A DNA stretch of 64,000 bases, taken from NCBI GenBank assembly GCA_965203555.1, contig CBDBCY010000004.1, positions 832,001 to 896,000 of the forward strand. The letters run 5' to 3'. Both the position numbers and the translations under genes were made by a program. The notes under the pieces were generated by a model, which was not told the DNA's origin, did not search any database, and saw only the letters and a program-made list of their open reading frames with translations. Below are positions 58,458 to 64,000 of the stretch, one piece after another. Each line of letters opens with the position of its first letter. Within the stretch, counting starts at the first letter, position 1. The stretch is from Acidimicrobiia bacterium (GTDB lineage: Bacteria; Actinomycetota; Acidimicrobiia; Spongiisociales; ZC4RG35).

Positions 58458-60647
58458 ATGTCTCGAGCGGCCCGTTCCCTCCTGATAGTTGTAACGGCGG
58501 CGGCCGCGGTGATCATTGTCTCGGTGGTCAGCTTCGTACTGTGGAGCAGAGCCAATAGTCAGACCATCATCGGATCGGTAACCGTGGCAGGGTCGGACCT
58601 GAGCGGTTTGGAAAGAGCGGAGGCTGAGGCGGTTCTGGCCGAATTGGAAGCTGAGCAGGCGCAGGCAACCATCCGGATCCTCGTCAACGACCAGCCCATG
58701 ACGGTCAACGCGGCAGAGTTCGGATACCGCATCAATACCCAGGAGTTAATCGATCTGGCCCTGTGGCAGGAAAGGGACGGGGGCTTTCTCGCCCGGTGGC
58801 GACGCTGGCTGAGAGGCTTCTTCGACGACCCGGGCACCGTAGAGTTACAGCCCCAATCCTCCGTTGATCGGACCTTGGTGGAGAATCTTCTCAGCCAATT
58901 GGATCGACAATTCGGAATGCTCCCCGTGGAGGGGAAGGTGGAGTTCCTGGATGGACAGCCGGTAGCCACCTACCCCTCTCCAGGGTGGCTTCTGGACAGT
59001 TCGAACGCCGCCGAACAGATAACCGCCGCGGCGGTGAGCGGCGGGGGCACCGTGCAATTGAATACGGTGTTGGTAGAGCCTCGGACCAGTATCGGTCAGA
59101 TAGCCGATGCGGTGGCTCTGGCGCAAAAATGGATATCCGGACCGGTGGTCCTCCACGACCCGGAAGGAAATGCAGACCTGGTCTTCTCCGCCCAGGAGAT
59201 CGCCGACGCCACCATTTTTGAATTCGACGCCGCCTCCACTCCCCAGGTCACTCTGAACATCGACCGAAGGCTGGTGACCCGTAAGGTAGCCGGTATAGGG
59301 GACCTGATTGGCGACCCTCCCGTGGACGCATACTACGAGATCGACGAGAACGACCAGGTAACCATCCATCCATCCGCGGTCGGCACCGTCCTGGACGTGA
59401 CAGCCATCGGCGACATGCTGGTACAACTGGCGGCCGGTGAGGTGCGGGAGGGAACTTTACCCTTGGCGGAGGGAGTGCAGCCCCAGGTGACCACCGGAGA
59501 CATCGAGAACCTGGGGATCCGCCACTTGGTGTCCCAATACACCACCTACCACCCCTGCTGCGCTGCCCGGGTAACCAACATCCATCTCTTTGCCGACGCC
59601 GTCACCGATGCGCTGGTCCCGCCAGGTGAGGAGTTCAGTCTCAACGGGTATGTCGGCGAGCGAACCACCGAGGACGGGTTCGTAGAGGCGGGAACCCTGG
59701 TGAGGGGCGAACTGATCGACACGATCGGAGGAGGGGTAAGCCAATTCGCCACCACTTTTTACAACGCGGTGTTCTGGGGTGGATTCAAGGATGTGACCCA
59801 CAAGACCCATAGTTTCTATTTTCCTCGCTACCCCGAGGGCATTGAAGCCACCATCAACTGGCCCGAGGTGGATCTTGTTTTCCTCAACGACTCAGAGAGT
59901 CACGTGTTGATCCGCACCGAATACACCCGTACCTCCATCACCGTGAAGTTCTTCGGCGACAACGACGGGCGGGTCATAGTAGGAAGCTGGAAGGACGGAA
60001 GGGGCCGTCTGGAGGTCGTCTCAGAAGGAGGACCCGCCGCCCGGGTTGTGTCAGCCACGGTGTCGGAACGTTTCAATGGAATAGAACCGCCCGAGACCCT
60101 GTATCGGGCCAATCCAGAATTGGCGCCCAACGAGGTGGACCAGATTCAAACGGCTGAAAACGGCTGGACGGTGACCGTAATCCGCACTATCCAGCGGGGA
60201 GAACAGGACATCCAGCACATCCGCAACGTTCGATACATACCCCGCCAGGAAATAATCGAAGTCCATCCCTGCGTGATGTCGCTGCTGACCGAGTCCGGGG
60301 CGGTTGCGCAGGTGGAGGAATCAGAAGCGGGCGAGCAAGGCCCCGCCAACGGCGAGCCCATCGTGTGCCCGGGACCCGAGGATGAGGAACCCACCGTGCT
60401 TCCCGAAGATCTGAATGAACGATTCCCGGAATTGGCGCCCGAGGAAGGGGAGCAAACGCCGATAACAGACGAAGAAGGCGAACAGGGCCCCATAGAGGAA
60501 GAAGGCGAACAGGGCCCCATAGAGGAGGAAGAAGGGGAGCAGGTCCCTATAGGGGACGGGGAAGAGGAGAAGCAAGCACCCGTGGGAAACAGCGAGGAGA
60601 CCCCTCCGGACCCCGAACAGGATTCAAGCTCCGACGACGGTCAGTAG
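58458..60647 (+). CDS. VanW family protein with PG-binding domains and acidic tail
   Basis: N-terminal TM; RVTNI, VPPGEEFSLN, GGGVSQFATTFYNA, RYPEGIEATI. Confidence 0.92.
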   Translation: MSRAARSLLIVVTAAAAVIIVSVVSFVLWSRANSQTIIGSVTVAGSDLSGLERAEAEAVLAELEAEQAQATIRILVNDQPMTVNAAEFGYRINTQELIDLALWQERDGGFLARWRRWLRGFFDDPGTVELQPQSSVDRTLVENLLSQLDRQFGMLPVEGKVEFLDGQPVATYPSPGWLLDSSNAAEQITAAAVSGGGTVQLNTVLVEPRTSIGQIADAVALAQKWISGPVVLHDPEGNADLVFSAQEIADATIFEFDAASTPQVTLNIDRRLVTRKVAGIGDLIGDPPVDAYYEIDENDQVTIHPSAVGTVLDVTAIGDMLVQLAAGEVREGTLPLAEGVQPQVTTGDIENLGIRHLVSQYTTYHPCCAARVTNIHLFADAVTDALVPPGEEFSLNGYVGERTTEDGFVEAGTLVRGELIDTIGGGVSQFATTFYNAVFWGGFKDVTHKTHSFYFPRYPEGIEATINWPEVDLVFLNDSESHVLIRTEYTRTSITVKFFGDNDGRVIVGSWKDGRGRLEVVSEGGPAARVVSATVSERFNGIEPPETLYRANPELAPNEVDQIQTAENGWTVTVIRTIQRGEQDIQHIRNVRYIPRQEIIEVHPCVMSLLTESGAVAQVEESEAGEQGPANGEPIVCPGPEDEEPTVLPEDLNERFPELAPEEGEQTPITDEEGEQGPIEEEGEQGPIEEEEGEQVPIGDGEEEKQAPVGNSEETPPDPEQDSSSDDGQ
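60441..60550 (+). repeat. 27-30 bp coding repeats (EEGEQxPI x4)
   Basis: gaagaaggcgaacagggccccatagag exact at 60471 and 60498, with degenerate flanking copies. Confidence 0.85.
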
Positions 60648-60802
60648 CGCCCCCAACACCCCCCTCCGACAGCGAGGACGTGCGGTCGGGCAGAGGCGGG
60701 CAAGGAACATACATCTTGACGCTTTCGTTCAGCATCGCAACAACCCGGAGAGCCGAGCGTTGGCCGCACTTTCGGGGAAGAGCCTTCCCGTCCTGGCGCA
60801 CT

Positions 60803-61384
60803 CTATATCGGACTTCGGTTCTGAGAGGCGGCTTCCGCCGTTTTGGCGATACGCCGAGCTCGGGTGTCGGAACGACGAGCAGTGGCAATCCACCACAGGA
60901 CGCTCTTCCTGGCGGAGACGGTCAGTCCCTCGAAATTCTCTCTGGCCGACCTCCGTCCGGCCAGAGCGACAGCCAAGTCTTCGGGAACCACCAGGTCCTC
61001 GATGGGATCGTAAGCGGCCCATGCGCCGTTGCGCCTGGCTTCCTCTATGCAGGCCATCCCCGCCTCGGCCATCATTCCGCTCGCCACCAACCTTCTCACC
61101 CTTTCCTTGTTGGTACGGGACCATGGACTTCGGGGGTTTCGAGGGGTGAACATCAGGGCATACCGCCGGTCATCCAAGCGTCTTTTGCGACTGTCGACCC
61201 ACCCGAAGCAGATCGCTTCCTCCACAGACTCCTCGTATTTCATGGTCTGCTTCCCGGCGCCCTTCTTATAGAAGACCACCCATATCCCCGGCCCGAGGGC
61301 GTGGTTATTCTCCAGCCACTCCCGCCAGGCGCCCCGGTCGGAAAAGTATATCCGCTGGTGGTCACCGGGCGTCGGGGGACCCAT
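60803..61384 (-). CDS. YdeI/OmpD-associated family protein
   Basis: WREWLENNH, EEAICFGWVDS, FTPRNPRSPWSRTNK, VPEDL, TRARRI. Confidence 0.92.
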   Translation of the reverse strand: MGPPTPGDHQRIYFSDRGAWREWLENNHALGPGIWVVFYKKGAGKQTMKYEESVEEAICFGWVDSRKRRLDDRRYALMFTPRNPRSPWSRTNKERVRRLVASGMMAEAGMACIEEARRNGAWAAYDPIEDLVVPEDLAVALAGRRSARENFEGLTVSARKSVLWWIATARRSDTRARRIAKTAEAASQNRSPI

Positions 61385-61392
61385 CAGGGTAT

Positions 61393-61695
61393 CTACCCCC
61401 CGGCGTAGAAAAGAAAAAACTCCGACACAGTTTCGGACACCCGCTCCACTTCGTCCGGCACCCATCCTCCCTTCCGCCGCACGGTCAAAGTGTTGGAAAG
61501 GGTGAAAACGCGGTTGATGCGGGGATCGAGGTCCATGAGACGAGCCGAGAGTTGAGCCGGGAAGGTATTCGCTGACCGGGCGATGTCCCGGTCCTCATAA
61601 CCTTCTCCGTCCTGTCCCCCCAGACTGCGATTGGTGTCGATCAACAGCACATCCCCCACCATTTGGGTGGAGAGAACCTCTATCAACTGTCCCAA
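61393..61695 (-). CDS. Nfu/NifU N-terminal scaffold-like domain protein
   Basis: TNRSL, LSARL, INRVFTLSNTLTVRRKGGW. Confidence 0.6.
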   Translation of the reverse strand: MGQLIEVLSTQMVGDVLLIDTNRSLGGQDGEGYEDRDIARSANTFPAQLSARLMDLDPRINRVFTLSNTLTVRRKGGWVPDEVERVSETVSEFFLFYAGG

Positions 61696-61816
61696 ATCAA
61701 CCCTTTCTTCGCCGCCCCGCATTCTAACGGCGCAGGCAGGACGGACAGACCTCGCAAACCGGGCCCTGAACTCGGATGAGCGGGGCTTCGGGAGCTGTCA
61801 ACCACAGCCCTGCCCC

Positions 61817-63289
61817 TTATCTTCTTCTGCGTGCCGCCGCTGCTTTTCGGTCCCGTCGGAAAGAGTTGCTGTAACGTTCTCCGATTGATTGGACCTTGAT
61901 CAGGTTGGTGGAGGCCGCCCGGTTGGGAGGGGTGCCCGCCACCATCACCACCAGTTCATCTCTTTGGCAGAACCCCTTTCTCTCCAACAACTTCTCCGCG
62001 GCGGCAAACATGAGGTCGGTGTGATCCCGGCGCACGAACGGGAAGGGAGTTACTCCCCAATAGAGTGCAGCCTGTCGCAAAGCGCGGAGCACCGGCGTGA
62101 GGGCAATAATGCGAGCCCGGGGACGGTACTTGGAGAGCAGCCGCGCCGTGGCGCCCGACTCTGTGAACGCCACCAGGGTATCAACACCCAGGTTGTGGGC
62201 GGCATCGACTGCCGAACGGGCCACCGCGGAAGCGGTGCCTCCTCCGGCAGTTATGTAGGGGACCGCCGGATCCCCTTCCGCTTTGAGGAGCTCCTTTTCT
62301 ATCTCCATGCAGATTTCCGACATCACCTCCGTCGCCCTGATCGGATATGCACCCACCGCCGTCTCAGCCGACAACATCACTGCATCGGTCCCGGCTGCCA
62401 CCGCGGTGGCGACATCGGTTACTTCCGCTCGGGTCGGCCGAGCAGAACGGGTCATCGACTCCAGCATCTCGGTGGCTGTGATAGCGATCAGACCGGCCCG
62501 ATTGGTCCGTCGCAGAATGTCCGCCTGCACTATGGGGAGTCGAGCCATCGGGAGTTGGACCCCCAGATCACCTCGAGCCACCATCACCCCCGCCGCCTCA
62601 GCCAAGATTTCGTCGAGGTTCTGGTAAGCGGTCGCCAACTCCACCTTGGCAATCACCGGCGCTCCGCCCGCCAAACCCTTGATCGTGCGAACGTCCTGGC
62701 CGGTGCGAACGAAAGAGGCGGCCACGTAGTCCACCCCCAATTCGATTCCGAATTCCAGGTCGCGGCGATCCTTGTCGGTGACCGCAGGCAATTGCAGGGT
62801 GCTCTCGGGGAAAGCCACCCCCTTCCCGCTCCAGAGTTCTCCACCCCAGGTCACTTCGCCGACCAGCCGATCCGGGTGATGTTCGACCACCGTCATCCTT
62901 ATCATTCCGTCCGACATCACCACCCTGTCTCCGTCATTGACGTCATCCAGCAGCCTGGAGTAATCAATCGGGATGGTTCGAGATTCCCTGGGCATCAGAC
63001 GTCCCGGGACCAGGTTGACCCGGTCCCCGTGTCGCAGTGCGATCCTCCCCTCTGCGATCTGCCCCACCCGCAGTTTGTGCCCCGAAATGTCCTGGAGAAC
63101 GGCCACCGTCTTCTCTTCGTCCTCACCGGCCTGTCTCACCCACTCCACAAATCGGCCATGAAGCTCATGATCCCCATAGGAGAAGTTCAGTCTGGCGACA
63201 TCCATCCCGGCGGCCACCAGTTCCCTGATCTTGTTGGGGGACGCCACTCCCGGCCCCAGGGTGGCCACGATCTTGGTGAATCTCTCCAT
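61817..63289 (-). CDS. pyk: Pyruvate kinase
   Basis: TKIVATLGP, GMDVARLNFS, IAKVE, VMVARGDLG, ATEMLESM, PTRAE, DAVMLSAETAVG. Confidence 0.96.
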   Translation of the reverse strand: MERFTKIVATLGPGVASPNKIRELVAAGMDVARLNFSYGDHELHGRFVEWVRQAGEDEEKTVAVLQDISGHKLRVGQIAEGRIALRHGDRVNLVPGRLMPRESRTIPIDYSRLLDDVNDGDRVVMSDGMIRMTVVEHHPDRLVGEVTWGGELWSGKGVAFPESTLQLPAVTDKDRRDLEFGIELGVDYVAASFVRTGQDVRTIKGLAGGAPVIAKVELATAYQNLDEILAEAAGVMVARGDLGVQLPMARLPIVQADILRRTNRAGLIAITATEMLESMTRSARPTRAEVTDVATAVAAGTDAVMLSAETAVGAYPIRATEVMSEICMEIEKELLKAEGDPAVPYITAGGGTASAVARSAVDAAHNLGVDTLVAFTESGATARLLSKYRPRARIIALTPVLRALRQAALYWGVTPFPFVRRDHTDLMFAAAEKLLERKGFCQRDELVVMVAGTPPNRAASTNLIKVQSIGERYSNSFRRDRKAAAARRRR

Positions 63290-63348
63290 GCCAGGTTCAA
63301 CGCTAACGAGCCGATGTGAACACCGCGATATCAATATCCGCAATCAAG

Positions 63349-64000
63349 TCAGCGTCGGAGCTCAAACACCTCGAAGCCATACAACCGCAGATTGGCTCTT
63401 CTCACCGACTCCCGACCGTCAGGGGATTGCAGCCACCGGACGAAAGCCTCCGCCGCCTCTGCCACCGGTGAATCCTTGACCGCCATGGCCCGGTAGGGGT
63501 TGTCCAACCCGGTCGGATCCACCATGGCGTCCACCAGACCAGCTGCTTTCTTTGCCGCCAGGAAGACACTCAACTCCACCAGGACGAAAGCTTTCCTCTG
63601 GGAGGCGACCTGCAGAGTGAGCCCCATGCCCTGGCGCGTTTGGATGTACCAGTCCCGACCGGTGGGGTCCAGACCTGCTTGGCGCCATATCAGGCGCTCT
63701 CTTTGAAACGTGCCGGACCCATCGGCCCGGCTGACGAACAGATGGCCCGCTTCGGCTATCTGCTGGAAAGCCCGGGCGGGGCTCAGTCCCTCAAGGGCCT
63801 GGGCCGCAGATGGGGGACCGGCCAGGACGAACCGGCTTGAAAACACCTCAACTGCCAGTTCAGTCCCCCCTTCGGCAATGAACCTCTCCTCTTCTTCAGG
63901 ATCGTGGGTGATCGTGATATCCACCGACCCGCTTCTCGCCAAGGCAAGCGCCCGGGCTGTGGGGGCGCCAACCACGCTGACTTTCACACCCCGACGCTGT
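63349..64000 (-). CDS. Tungstate ABC substrate-binding protein, TupA-like (5' end outside the window)
   Basis: THDPEEE, FVSRADGSGT, WYIQTRQGMGLTL, LDNPY. Confidence 0.78.
   Translation of the reverse strand, partial: QRRGVKVSVVGAPTARALALARSGSVDITITHDPEEEERFIAEGGTELAVEVFSSRFVLAGPPSAAQALEGLSPARAFQQIAEAGHLFVSRADGSGTFQRERLIWRQAGLDPTGRDWYIQTRQGMGLTLQVASQRKAFVLVELSVFLAAKKAAGLVDAMVDPTGLDNPYRAMAVKDSPVAEAAEAFVRWLQSPDGRESVRRANLRLYGFEVFELRR

Noticed and set aside
60441-60550. Possible CRISPR-like repeats
   Set aside because: In-frame coding repeats without unique spacers; no cas genes and no array seen in the window.

Overview
GC-rich bacterial chromosome segment. Gene content (DUF222-HNH, VanW, class A RNase P RNA, apparent leaderless starts, Thr-rich lipoproteins) suggests an actinobacterium, probably Acidimicrobiia; a DmdA-like gene hints at a marine or host-associated lifestyle (both are inference). 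Core genes include ilvE (partial), pgpA, ppk2, tRNA-Asn, a complete ccmABCDEFH-I-G System I cytochrome c maturation operon, trpD, an aquaporin, rnpB, an aminotransferase, pyk and a partial tupA-like gene. The strongest hidden signal is a tandem pair of thioredoxin-fold lipoproteins (24201-25651, minus) that the ORF track splits in two. Each has an in-frame UGA in place of the first Cys of CxxC (WAEW-U-PAC, WAEW-U-PTC) and a co-varying SECIS-like hairpin, so both are very likely selenoproteins. Other notable loci are an imelysin/di-heme/imelysin operon ending in a vitamin K-dependent gamma-carboxylase homologue, a membrane-anchored Schlafen (AlbA_2) protein on a GC-rich insert, an HsdR_N nuclease with a SeqA-like C-terminus, an orphan beta-clamp next to an MT-A70 methyltransferase, and a catabolic island with two MlrC peptidases and a DmdA-like demethylase. 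All family calls come from motif recognition by eye; no searches were run.
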